Origin: Rhodobacter capsulatus SB 1003
GTDB taxonomy: Bacteria > Pseudomonadota > Alphaproteobacteria > Rhodobacterales > Rhodobacteraceae
Assembly (NCBI RefSeq): GCF_000021865.1
Contig: NC_014034.1
Coordinates: forward strand, 3,390,001-3,422,000
Reading direction: 5' to 3'
Length of the DNA: 32,000 nucleotides
Position 1 is the first letter of the stretch; every line of letters starts with the position of its first letter. Shown piece after piece: positions 10,789 through 19,626 of the stretch. The position numbers and the translations under genes were made by a program. The notes below the pieces were generated by a model, which had not been told where the DNA came from, made no database searches, and saw only the letters and a program-made list of their open reading frames with translations.

Positions 10789-12261
10789 TCAGACCGCGAG
10801 CGTCGCCGCCACCGCGCGCTGCCAGCGGGCCAGTTTCCGTGCCCGCTCCGTCTCGGCCATCGCGGGGGTGAAGCGGCGGTCAAGCGCCCACTGCGCCGCG
10901 AACTCCGCAGGCGGCGGGCAGATCCCGGCGCCAAGCCCCGCCAGATAGGCCGCGCCGAGCGCCGTGGTTTCGGTGATGACCGGGCGATCAACCGGCGCGC
11001 CCAGAATGTCGGCCAGATATTGCATCGTCCAGTCGCTCGCCGCCATGCCGCCATCGACGCGCAGCACGTTTTGCCCCGCCGCGCCCCAATCGGCCCGCAT
11101 CGCCTCGAGCAGGTCGCGCGTCTGCAGCCCGACGCTTTCAAGCGCCGCCCGGGCAAATTCGGCAGGCCCGGTGTTGCGGGTCAGCCCATAGATGGCGCCG
11201 CGACAATCGGGGGCCCAGTAAGGCGCCCCCAGCCCGGTAAAGGCGGGCACGATCACCAGATCCTGCGCCGGATCGGCGGCCTCGGCCAGATCTTGCGTCT
11301 CTGCCGCCCGCGCGATCAGGCCCAGCCCGTCGCGCAGCCATTGCACCACCGCCCCGGCAATGAAGATCGAGCCTTCCAGCGCATAGGTGGTCTCTCCGTT
11401 CAGACGATAGGCGATGGTGGTCAGAAGCCGGTTTTGCGACACGACCCGCGCAGCCCCGGTGTTCAAAAGCGCAAAACAGCCGGTGCCATAGGTCGATTTC
11501 AGCATGCCGGGGGCGAAACAGGCCTGCCCCACCGTCGCCGCCTGCTGATCGCCCGCCACCCCGGTGATCGGGATCGCGGCCCCGAACAGCGCCGGATCCG
11601 TCACCCCGAAATCATCGGCGCAATCCTTCACCTCGGGCAAAAGCGCCATGGGTACGCCCAGAAGCGCGCAGATTTCCGCGTCCCAGGCATTGCGGCCGAT
11701 GTCGTAAAGCAGCGTCCGCGCGGCATTCGTCGCATCGGTCGCATGCACCCGGCCGCCGGTCAGCCGCCAGATCAGGAAACTGTCGATGGTGCCAAAGGCC
11801 AGTTCCCCGCGCTCGGCCCGTTCCCGCGCGCCGGGGATCGTGTCGAGCAGCCATTTCACCTTGGTCCCCGAGAAATACGGGTCAAGCAGCAGGCCGGTTT
11901 TCGCCGTCATCCTCGCCTCAAGGCCCGCCGCGCGCAGATCGGCGCAAATCTCGGCGGTGCGGCGGTCCTGCCAGACGATGGCATTGTGGAGCGGCACCCC
12001 CGTTGCCCGGTCCCAGATCACCGTGGTCTCGCGCTGGTTGGTCAGGCCCAGCGCCGCCACCGGACCGGCCTGCGCCAAGGCCTCGCGGATCGTGGAAAGC
12101 ACGGTGGCCCAGATCGCCTCCGGGTCATGTTCGACCCAGCCGGGCGCCGGAAAGATCTGCGGAAATTCGCGGCTTGCCGTGGCCAGCGGGCGCAGGCCCG
12201 CATCAAAGACAATCGCCCGGGTCGAGGTCGTGCCCTGATCCAGCGCCAGAATCCGTGTCAT
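10789..12261 (-). CDS. glpK: Glycerol kinase
   Basis: N-terminus [17 protein letters not shown]...[19 protein letters not shown], and FGGY kinase family throughout. The ATG overlaps the glpD stop (ATGA). Confidence 0.96.
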   Translation of the reverse strand: MTRILALDQGTTSTRAIVFDAGLRPLATASREFPQIFPAPGWVEHDPEAIWATVLSTIREALAQAGPVAALGLTNQRETTVIWDRATGVPLHNAIVWQDRRTAEICADLRAAGLEARMTAKTGLLLDPYFSGTKVKWLLDTIPGARERAERGELAFGTIDSFLIWRLTGGRVHATDATNAARTLLYDIGRNAWDAEICALLGVPMALLPEVKDCADDFGVTDPALFGAAIPITGVAGDQQAATVGQACFAPGMLKSTYGTGCFALLNTGAARVVSQNRLLTTIAYRLNGETTYALEGSIFIAGAVVQWLRDGLGLIARAAETQDLAEAADPAQDLVIVPAFTGLGAPYWAPDCRGAIYGLTRNTGPAEFARAALESVGLQTRDLLEAMRADWGAAGQNVLRVDGGMAASDWTMQYLADILGAPVDRPVITETTALGAAYLAGLGAGICPPPAEFAAQWALDRRFTPAMAETERARKLARWQRAVAATLAV

Positions 12262-13823
12262 CGCGCCCCCCGTTCCAGCATGAAGCGGTCAAGCACCGCA
12301 ATCTGATCGGCGCTCAGCCGCAGGCCCAGTTTCGTGCGCCTCCAGACCACATCCTCGGCCCGGCGCGCCCATTCGCGGTCCATCAGCCAGATCACCTCGG
12401 CCTCGGAGAGGCCTGCGCCGAAATCGCGGCCCAGATCGGCACGGGTCTTCGCCTCGCCCAGAATGGCGAAAGCCTCGGTGCCATAAGCCCGCACCATCCG
12501 CCCCGCCCCCGCCTGCCCCAGAAAGGCATAGCGCACCCGCAACCGCTCGATCAGCGCCTTGACCCCGGTCTGAAAGAAATCCCCCCCGGGCAAGGGCACG
12601 CGGGCGGTCCAGTCCGGGCCAAGACCGGGGAAATGCGGCGCCAGCTTCGCCAGGGCCGCCTCGGCCAGACGGCGATAGGTGGTGATCTTGCCGCCAAAGA
12701 CATTGAGCAGAACCGGCCCCCCGGCCTGCAGATCCAGCACATAATCGCGCGAGGCCGCGGTGGCGGAACTCGCCCCATCGTCATAAAGCGGCCGCACCCC
12801 GGCATAGGACCAGACGACATCCCGGGCGGTGACGGGCTTGGCCAGATATTGCGAGACGAAGGCCAGCAGGTAATCGCGCTCGGCCGCCGAACAGGCCGCG
12901 GCCTCGGGGGCGGCCTCATGCGCGGCCTCGGTGGTGCCGATCAGGGAAAAATCCTGCTCATAGGGAATGATGAAGATGATCCGCCCGTCCGATCCCTGCA
13001 GGAACAGCGCCCGCGGATCGTCGTGCAGCCTGCGGGTGACGATATGACTGCCGCGCACCAGCCGCACCTGCGCCGCGGGTTTCGGCCCTTCGATCAGCCC
13101 CAGAACCTGCCCGACCCAGGGCCCGGCGGCATTGACCAGACCGCGGGCCAGATGCACGGCCTTGCCCGCGGGCCCCTCGGTCTCGATGCGCCACAGATCA
13201 CCCTGCCGCGCCGCCGCGGTGACACGGGTGCCCACCAGCACATTGGCCCCCCGCGCCTGCGCATCGCGGGCATTCAGCACCACAAGCCGCGCATCATCGA
13301 CCCAGCAATCGGAATATTCCCAGGCCAGCCCCATCCCCGGCTTCAGCGCCCGGCCGATCTTGTCGCGCGTCAGATCCAGCTTGCGCGTGCCCGGCAGGAT
13401 CTTGCGCCCGCCCATGCTGTCATAAAGAAAAAGCCCCAGCCGCAGCAGCCACGCCGGACGCCGCCCCTTCATCCACGGGAACATCAGGTTCAACAGTCGG
13501 CTTGTGGGCGTTGTCGTGTCGAACCGGATCCCCGCATGCACCGGCAGCACGAAGCGCAAGGGCCAGGAAATATGCGGCATCGCGACCAGAAGCGTCTCGC
13601 GTTCCTCCAGCGCCTCGCGCACCAGACGGAATTCGAAGAATTCGAGATAGCGCAGCCCGCCATGAAACAGCTTGGTCGAGGCCGAGGAGGTCCCCTGCGC
13701 CAGATCCCCCTGTTCGGCCAAGGTCACGGAAAGCCCCCGCCCCGCCGCGTCGCGGGCGATGCCGCAGCCGTTCACCCCCCCGCCGATGATGAAAAGATCG
13801 ACGACCCCGGGTTGATCGCTCAC
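12258..13823 (-). CDS. glpD: FAD-dependent glycerol-3-phosphate dehydrogenase
   Basis: GTG start at 13823 is preceded by GGAGG with a 5-nt spacer. The N-terminus has the dinucleotide fold [22 protein letters not shown]. The listed longer ORF (to 14117) lacks an RBS and adds non-homologous sequence. Confidence 0.93.
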   Translation of the reverse strand: MSDQPGVVDLFIIGGGVNGCGIARDAAGRGLSVTLAEQGDLAQGTSSASTKLFHGGLRYLEFFEFRLVREALEERETLLVAMPHISWPLRFVLPVHAGIRFDTTTPTSRLLNLMFPWMKGRRPAWLLRLGLFLYDSMGGRKILPGTRKLDLTRDKIGRALKPGMGLAWEYSDCWVDDARLVVLNARDAQARGANVLVGTRVTAAARQGDLWRIETEGPAGKAVHLARGLVNAAGPWVGQVLGLIEGPKPAAQVRLVRGSHIVTRRLHDDPRALFLQGSDGRIIFIIPYEQDFSLIGTTEAAHEAAPEAAACSAAERDYLLAFVSQYLAKPVTARDVVWSYAGVRPLYDDGASSATAASRDYVLDLQAGGPVLLNVFGGKITTYRRLAEAALAKLAPHFPGLGPDWTARVPLPGGDFFQTGVKALIERLRVRYAFLGQAGAGRMVRAYGTEAFAILGEAKTRADLGRDFGAGLSEAEVIWLMDREWARRAEDVVWRRTKLGLRLSADQIAVLDRFMLERGAR

Positions 13824-14092
13824 GTCTGCCTCCTGCGCAATTGATCCGATGATGGCTTTTTCCCGCGGTTTGGCAAGCGATGACGCAGCCGTCGCGCGGC
13901 CTTCGCGCTTGCCCGCCCCCGACGCCGCGCCTATAACGCCGCCATGACCGGGCTTTGCTTCATACATCGAATTACCGGCCCGGCGCTCTGACGCGTCAGG
14001 GTTGCCGGGAGACAGTTGCAAAGCCCCGGGCACGGAGGTGCCCAGATCAGATGCGGGCGCGTTGCGCCCTTTCAGCCCGATATGGATACGAG

Positions 14093-17044
14093 ATGAGCGC
14101 CGACACGCCCGAAACACCCGTCGATTACCGCGACACCGTCTTTCTGCCCGAAACCGACTTTCCGATGCGCGCGAACCTTCCGGGCCGCGAACCCGACTGG
14201 CTGGCCCGCTGGGCGCGGATCGGCGTCTATGACCGCCTGCGCGAAAAGACCGGCCGGGCGCCGTTTGTCCTGCATGACGGCCCGCCCTATGCGAACGGGC
14301 ATCTGCACATCGGCCATGCGCTGAACAAGATCCTGAAAGACTTCATCGTGCGCAGCCAGCAGATGATGGGCCGCGACGCGCGTTATGTGCCGGGCTGGGA
14401 TTGCCACGGCCTGCCGATCGAGTGGAAGATCGAGGAGCAATACCGCGCCAAGGGCCTGAACAAGGACGACGTGGACACCGTCTCCTTCCGTCAGGAATGC
14501 CGCCGCTTCGCCGAGGGCTGGATCGACATCCAGCGCGAGGAATTCAAGCGTCTGGGCGTCACCGGCAAATGGGAACGCCCCTATCTGACGATGGATTACC
14601 ACGCCGAAGCCGTGATCGCCGAGGAGTTCATGAAACTCCTGATGAACGGCTCGCTTTATCAGGGCTCGAAGCCGGTGATGTGGTCGCCGGTCGAAAAGAC
14701 CGCCCTCGCAGAAGCCGAGGTCGAGTATCACGACCACACCAGCCACACGATCTGGGTGCGGTTCAAGGTCACCAACCACACTGGCGCCGCCTTGGACAAC
14801 TCGCCGGGCGCCGAGGCGCCCAAAGACTTGCTCGACGCAAATGCCTCGGTGGTGATCTGGACCACGACGCCCTGGACGATCCCGCAAAACCGCGCCGTCG
14901 CCTACGGTCCGGGCATTGCCTACGGACTTTACCGCATCGATGCGGCGGCCGAGAACGCCACCGCGGTCGTCGGTGAAACGCTGGTGCTGGCCGATGTGCT
15001 GGCGCAGGGCGTGATGACCTCGGCCAAGGTCGAGGGCTTCACCCGTCTGCGCGACGTGGCGACCTCGGAATTCGAGGGCGTGATCCTGCGCCACCCCTAT
15101 GCGGGCATCGAAAACGGCAACGGCGAATGGGATTACTCCGTGCCGATGCTGCCGGGCGATCACGTCACCGACGATGCCGGGACCGGTTTCGTGCACACCG
15201 CGCCCAGCCACGGCGATGACGACTATCAACTGGGCCTCAAGTTCGGCCTGCCGATGACTTATAACGTCGAGCCGGACGGAACCTACCGGACCTCGCTGCC
15301 GGTCTTCGGCGGCCAGCCGATCATCCTGCCCGATGGCAAGGAAGGCCCGGCGAATGTCAGCAACATCAAGGCGCTGCATGCGCAGGGCGCGCTGCTGGCC
15401 AAGGGCAAGCTCAAGCACTCCTACCCGCATTCCTGGCGCTCGAAGGCGCCGCTGATCTTCCGCAACACGCCGCAATGGTTCGCCGCCATCGACGTGAAGC
15501 TGGAAGACGGCATGGGCACCTATGGTGACACGATCCGAGAGCGGGCGCTGACCTCGATCGACCAGCTTGTGCAATGGACCCCGCCCACCGGGCGCAACCG
15601 GCTTTACTCGATGATCGAGGCGCGGCCCGACTGGGTGCTGTCGCGGCAACGCGCCTGGGGCGTGCCGCTCACTTGCTTCACCAAAAAGGGCGCGCAACCG
15701 ACCGACCCGGATTTCCTGCTGCGCAACGCCGAGGTGAACGCCCGCATCAGCGCGGCCTTCGAGGCCGAGGGCGCCGATGTCTGGTATACCGACGGTTTCA
15801 AGGAGCGGATGCTGGGCAACATCGTCAACCCCGACGATTACAACCAGGTCTTCGACGTGCTGGATGTGTGGTTCGATAGCGGCTCGACCCATGCCTTCGT
15901 GCTGCGCGACCGCGAGGACGGCACGGCGGACGGCATCGCGGACCTTTACCTCGAGGGCACCGACCAGCACCGCGGCTGGTTCCATTCCTCGATGCTGCAG
16001 GCCTGCGCCACCAAGGGCCGCGCCCCTTATCGCGGCGTGCTGACCCATGGCTTCACGCTCGACGAAAAGGGCATGAAGATGTCGAAATCGCTGGGCAACA
16101 CCGTCGCGCCCGCCGATGTGATCAAGGATTACGGCGCCGACATCCTGCGGCTCTGGGTGGCGCAATCGGATTACACCGTCGATCTGCGGATCGGGAAAGA
16201 GATCCTGAAAGGCACCGCCGACAGCTACCGCCGGTTGCGCAACACATTGCGCTTCATGCTGGGCGCGCTTGCGGGCTTTGCCGAGGAAGAACGCGTCAGC
16301 CCGGCCGAGATGCCGGAGCTGGAACGGTGGGTGCTGCACCGTCTGGCCGAACTCGACACGGTGGTGCGCGAGGGCTATGCGGCTTACGACTTCCAGGGCG
16401 TATTCCAGACCCTCTTCACCTTCTGCACCGTCGATCTTTCCGCCTTCTGGTTCGACATCCGCAAGGACGCGCTTTATTGCGACGCGCCCAGCAGCCTGCG
16501 CCGCCGCGCCGCGCGCACGGTGATGGACGCGCTCTTCCAGCGGCTGACGAAATGGCTGGCGCCGATGCTGCCCTTCACCATGGAAGACGTCTGGCTGAGC
16601 CGCTTCCCGGGCGAGGCGAATTCGGTCCATCTGGAGGATTTCGACCCCACCCCCGCCGCGTGGCTGAACCCGGATCTCGCCGCGAAATGGGACGGCATCC
16701 GCCGCGCCCGGCGCGTGGTGACAGCAGCCTTGGAAGTGCAACGCACCGCCAAGGTGATCGGCGCCAGCCTTGAAGCCGCCCCGGTGGTGCATGTCGAGGA
16801 CACCGCGCTGGAAGCCGCGCTGAAATCGGTCGAGTTTGCCGATATCTGCATCACCTCGGACCTGAGCCTGAGCGCCGACCCGGCCCCCGCCGAGGCGTTC
16901 CGGCTGCCCGAACTGCCCGGCATCGCCGTCGTCTTCGAAGCCGCGGAAGGCGAAAAATGCGAGCGCTGCTGGAAGATCCTGCCCGATGTGGGCAGCCACA
17001 AGCACCCCTGCACCTGCGCGCGCTGCAATTCGGTTCTGGGCTGA
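14093..17044 (+). CDS. ileS: Isoleucine--tRNA ligase
   Basis: HIGH motif (PYANGHLHIGHA), KMSKS motif (GMKMSKSLGN), CP1 editing insert and a C-terminal Zn finger (CERCWK...CTCARC). The start at ATG 14093 (MSADTPETPVDYRDTVFLP) is chosen from the typical IleS N-terminus. Confidence 0.96.
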   Translation: MSADTPETPVDYRDTVFLPETDFPMRANLPGREPDWLARWARIGVYDRLREKTGRAPFVLHDGPPYANGHLHIGHALNKILKDFIVRSQQMMGRDARYVPGWDCHGLPIEWKIEEQYRAKGLNKDDVDTVSFRQECRRFAEGWIDIQREEFKRLGVTGKWERPYLTMDYHAEAVIAEEFMKLLMNGSLYQGSKPVMWSPVEKTALAEAEVEYHDHTSHTIWVRFKVTNHTGAALDNSPGAEAPKDLLDANASVVIWTTTPWTIPQNRAVAYGPGIAYGLYRIDAAAENATAVVGETLVLADVLAQGVMTSAKVEGFTRLRDVATSEFEGVILRHPYAGIENGNGEWDYSVPMLPGDHVTDDAGTGFVHTAPSHGDDDYQLGLKFGLPMTYNVEPDGTYRTSLPVFGGQPIILPDGKEGPANVSNIKALHAQGALLAKGKLKHSYPHSWRSKAPLIFRNTPQWFAAIDVKLEDGMGTYGDTIRERALTSIDQLVQWTPPTGRNRLYSMIEARPDWVLSRQRAWGVPLTCFTKKGAQPTDPDFLLRNAEVNARISAAFEAEGADVWYTDGFKERMLGNIVNPDDYNQVFDVLDVWFDSGSTHAFVLRDREDGTADGIADLYLEGTDQHRGWFHSSMLQACATKGRAPYRGVLTHGFTLDEKGMKMSKSLGNTVAPADVIKDYGADILRLWVAQSDYTVDLRIGKEILKGTADSYRRLRNTLRFMLGALAGFAEEERVSPAEMPELERWVLHRLAELDTVVREGYAAYDFQGVFQTLFTFCTVDLSAFWFDIRKDALYCDAPSSLRRRAARTVMDALFQRLTKWLAPMLPFTMEDVWLSRFPGEANSVHLEDFDPTPAAWLNPDLAAKWDGIRRARRVVTAALEVQRTAKVIGASLEAAPVVHVEDTALEAALKSVEFADICITSDLSLSADPAPAEAFRLPELPGIAVVFEAAEGEKCERCWKILPDVGSHKHPCTCARCNSVLG

Positions 17045-17056
17045 CACGAACCGGCG

Positions 17057-17077
17057 CCGGGGGCTTCGCGCCCCCGG
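17057..17077 (+). terminator. GC-rich hairpin just after ileS, a possible terminator and left flank of repeat element A
   Basis: ccgggggc-ttcgc-gcccccgg begins 13 nt after the ileS stop. There is no U-tract, so intrinsic termination is uncertain. Confidence 0.4.
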
Positions 17078-17080
17078 ACC

Positions 17081-17153
17081 CCCGCGGGATATTTGAGGCA
17101 AGATGAAAGGCAGACAGGCTTTGCTTTCATCTTGCTCCAAATATCCCGGGGGG
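17081..17153. repeat. Palindromic intergenic repeat element, copy A (two inverted arms)
   Basis: Arms gggatatttgaggcaagatgaaag (17086-17109) and ctttcatcttgctccaaatatccc (17124-17147) are reverse complements apart from a GAGG/GGAG swap. Further hairpins flank it: gtccg-cttg-cggac (17155-17168) and ggggggc-agc-gcccccc (17169-17185). Confidence 0.85.
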
Positions 17154-17248
17154 AGTCCGCTTGCGGACGGGGGGCAGCGCCCCCCTTGCCCCGCCTGCCA
17201 TCCCTCGTTACCGATGTGACGATTGCATGACAGCCGGAGGCCGCGGCG

Positions 17249-18088
17249 ATGAGCCTGTCCATTCTTCTCGCGGTTCTGGCCGCCGCCTTCCTGCATGCGC
17301 TCTGGAATGCGCTGTTGCGCTTTGGCGGATCAAAGATCCGCGCCATGGTGATGCTGAGCTACATGGAGGCCGCCGTCGGCCTTGCCATCGCGCTGTCCCG
17401 CCCCTTGCCCGAGGTCGCCGCCTGGAAATGGGTCGCCGCGGCAAGCTGCGTGCATTTCTTTTACAAGTATTTCCTCGCCCATGCCTATGAACAGGGCGAC
17501 CTGAGCCGGGTTTACCCCATTGCCCGCGGCACCGCGCCGATGATGGTGGCGATCGTCTCGGCGCTTTTCGCGCTCGATACGATCGCGCCCTTGGGCTATG
17601 TCGGCATCGGCGTTCTGGGGCTGGGGATCCTCTTCATGGCGCGCGGCGTTTTCACCGATGGCGAAAGCCGCAAGCTTTTGCCCTTTGCCTTCGGTTCCGC
17701 CTGCGCCACCGCCACCTATACGCTGACCGATGGGCTGGGTGCCCGCGTCGCGGGGGATGCGGCGGGTTATGTCGGCTGGCTGATGGTGGGGGGCGGGCTG
17801 CTGTTCGGTCTGGTGATGACCTTTTCCCGGCCGAAGGGCTTCATCACCGTCGCGCCCCTGAAGGATTGGGGCATGGCCGCGGCCGGGGCGGCGGCCTCTT
17901 ACGGCGCCTATGCGATCTCGATCTGGGCGATGACCCAGGCGCCGATCGCGCTGGTTGCCGCGACACGGGAAACCGCGATCCTGTTCGCCGTGCTGATCGG
18001 CTGGCTGGCCTTCGGCGAAAGGATGACCCGGTCGAAGGCCACGGCGGCCGGTCTGATCGTCGCGGGGGTGGTGCTGACCCGGCTTTAA
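17249..18088 (+). CDS. DMT-superfamily (EamA-like) membrane transporter
   Basis: 279 aa with about ten hydrophobic helices and the two-repeat EamA-like organisation. GGAGG sits 8 nt upstream of the ATG. Confidence 0.8.
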   Translation: MSLSILLAVLAAAFLHALWNALLRFGGSKIRAMVMLSYMEAAVGLAIALSRPLPEVAAWKWVAAASCVHFFYKYFLAHAYEQGDLSRVYPIARGTAPMMVAIVSALFALDTIAPLGYVGIGVLGLGILFMARGVFTDGESRKLLPFAFGSACATATYTLTDGLGARVAGDAAGYVGWLMVGGGLLFGLVMTFSRPKGFITVAPLKDWGMAAAGAAASYGAYAISIWAMTQAPIALVAATRETAILFAVLIGWLAFGERMTRSKATAAGLIVAGVVLTRL

Positions 18089-18783
18089 TCGGGATGACGC
18101 GAGGGCAGGATCTGCTGCGCGATCCCCGCGAACATCAGGTAAACCGAGGTCACGACAAGGCCCCAATGCGCCCAGCTGCCTTCGTCGAAATTCACCCAGG
18201 CGGCGCGGGCGGCAAAGGCCGTCCACAAAAGCGCCATCGTCAGCGACAGCGGCCGCCAGCGCCGGGTCCGGGTCGGGTGGATGAATTTCAGCGGAAAGAA
18301 CATCGCCACCGCCAGCGCCAGAACAACCCCCAGCGTCACCCAGTAAGACGGCCAGATCGCGAAAAGCACCAGCACCACCATGTTCCAGCAGGCTGGAAAG
18401 CCGGAAAAGGAGCAATCCTTGGTCTTCATCCGCGTATCGGCGAAATAGATCACCGAAGCATAGGTGATCGCGATGATGGCGAGCCAGCCGGTCCAGCCCG
18501 GCAAAAGCCCCGACTTGAACAGCGCATAGGCCGGGATGAAGACATAGGTCAGGTAATCGACGATCAGATCCATCAGCACGCCGTCATGCGTCGGCCAGTT
18601 GTGCTTGGTGTCGAACCGCCGCGCCAAGGGGCCATCGACGCCGTCGACGATCAGCGCCACCACCAGCCACAGGAACATCAGCGACCATTTTTCCTCGACC
18701 GCAGCCAGCATCGCCAGCATCGAGAGCACTGCGCCGGTGGCGGTCAGCAGGTGAACGGAGAGGGCCTTGAAACGAATGTCCAT
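18085..18783 (-). CDS. pcs: Phosphatidylcholine synthase (CDP-alcohol phosphatidyltransferase family)
   Basis: Motif DGVDGPLARR...G..MDLIVDYLTY (DG-x2-AR-x8-G-x3-D-x3-D class) in a 232-aa polytopic membrane protein typical of bacterial Pcs. Confidence 0.85.
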   Translation of the reverse strand: MDIRFKALSVHLLTATGAVLSMLAMLAAVEEKWSLMFLWLVVALIVDGVDGPLARRFDTKHNWPTHDGVLMDLIVDYLTYVFIPAYALFKSGLLPGWTGWLAIIAITYASVIYFADTRMKTKDCSFSGFPACWNMVVLVLFAIWPSYWVTLGVVLALAVAMFFPLKFIHPTRTRRWRPLSLTMALLWTAFAARAAWVNFDEGSWAHWGLVVTSVYLMFAGIAQQILPSRHPD

Positions 18784-18818
18784 GCGCCCTTCCTGCCCGA
18801 AACCGCTCAGGCGTGCAA

Positions 18819-18847
18819 GACGGGCCGAGGGCGTAGCCCGGCCCGTC
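18819..18847 (-). terminator. Strong GC hairpin between the EF-hand gene and pcs (candidate terminator)
   Basis: gacgggcc/ggcccgtc outer stem plus gggc-gta-gccc inner stem. Only a weak T-tract follows on the minus strand. Confidence 0.45.
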
Positions 18848-18865
18848 CCGTGGTCACGATGTCGC

Positions 18866-19492
18866 TTACGCGACCGCCTTGAGCAGCGACAGGAACTGGT
18901 TGGCCGTGTCGCGGTCGATCGTCACCGCCTCCGAAGACCCGCTTTCCGAGGTCATCGCGGTGAAAAGCGATTCGTAAAGCGATTGCGCGGAGGTGGTGCT
19001 GCCCGAGCTGGTCGTGTCCTCCTCGCTTTCCGAGCTGCTTTCGGAACCCGGCGGCGGGCCCGAGGGCGGCGGGCCGGGGGGCGGACCCGACATGCCCTGC
19101 ATGCCGCCCGCCCCGCCCGCTTTCATCGCGTCTTCTGCCGCGGTGAATTCGGCCTCGGTCAAAAGCCCGTCGCTGTCGGTGTCGATCGACCCGAACTGCG
19201 AGGACAGCAGATCGGCCACCGGGCTCGCGTCGATTTCCGCCTGCGACAGGGCGCCGTCGCCATCGGCATCGTCATTGGCCGCCAGCGCCTCGAACAGCGA
19301 CTGGCTGTCGGCCCCGCCCGAGGCCGAGGCCGGCGGCGGAGGGGGCGGGGGCGGCGCACCGCCGGTGGCAAAGCTCGCCGCGCTGGACGAGGAGGTCTTG
19401 GACGAGGAACTGCCCGAGGTTTGCTGCAGCAGCGACAACGCGCTGCTGCTCGCGTATCCGGACAGCGAAGTCAGGGAAGTCACGCTCATCAT
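18866..19492 (-). CDS. Ser/Pro-rich low-complexity protein with a pair of canonical EF-hand Ca-binding loops
   Basis: Loops DADGDGALSQAE and DTDSDGLLTEAE fit the 12-residue EF-hand pattern. The start at ATG 19492 (MMSVTSL) is preceded by AAAGGA. The protein contains PPPPPPPP and GPPPGPPPSGPPPG runs. Confidence 0.8.
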   Translation of the reverse strand: MMSVTSLTSLSGYASSSALSLLQQTSGSSSSKTSSSSAASFATGGAPPPPPPPPASASGGADSQSLFEALAANDDADGDGALSQAEIDASPVADLLSSQFGSIDTDSDGLLTEAEFTAAEDAMKAGGAGGMQGMSGPPPGPPPSGPPPGSESSSESEEDTTSSGSTTSAQSLYESLFTAMTSESGSSEAVTIDRDTANQFLSLLKAVA

Positions 19493-19626
19493 ACGATCCT
19501 TTCTGGATGACAACGTGCCCCGACGCTGGCCCCAGATGATGAACGAAACCTTGCTTTCGGCCTAAACCTTGGTTTGAAACCGCTTGGATTGTAGCGGGTT
19601 AGCAGGGTTTATGGCGCGATTTCGGC

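Noticed and set aside
13951-13985. ggctttgcttcatacatcgaattaccggcccgg resembles the centre and right arm of repeat copy A (ggctttgctttcatcttgctccaaatatcccgg).
   Set aside because: Only the first 13-14 nt align convincingly and the rest needs gaps. It may be an eroded relic, but that cannot be supported without a genome-wide model.
12258-14117. N-terminal extensions of glpD (to 14117) and of ileS (from 13955).
   Set aside because: Both extensions run through the shared divergent spacer, lack an RBS and add non-homologous residues. GGAGG-GTG at 13823 and the conserved IleS N-terminus at 14093 fit better.
17095-17219. SD-like GAGG plus ATG inside the left arm of repeat copy A, opening a 38-codon ORF (MKGRQALLSSCSKYPGG...CPAC...).
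   Set aside because: The ATG is not conserved in the copy-B or copy-D arms (AAGAAGAAA), and the copy-C equivalent reads antisense into ruvA. The apparent RBS/ATG is a by-product of the repeat consensus.
14072-17296. 1074-aa ORF antisense to ileS. Similar long antisense ORFs include 22066-24495 opposite priA, 1255-2895 opposite ftsH, 4995-7001 opposite pal/tolB, 10720-12306 and 12003-13844 opposite glpK/glpD, 6847-8430 and 8291-9634 opposite tolA/tolR/tolQ, and 28984-30858 and 30267-31781 opposite ycjF/ycjX.
   Set aside because: These are typical GC-rich shadow ORFs with Arg/Gly/Pro/Ala/His-dominated composition and no recognisable motifs. In every case the opposite strand encodes a full-length, motif-bearing conserved protein.
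18085-18088. Convergent DMT transporter and pcs genes share a 4-nt TTAA containing both stop codons.
   Set aside because: This is a trivial consequence of tight packing. There is no evidence of function, and RNA-level interference cannot be judged from sequence.
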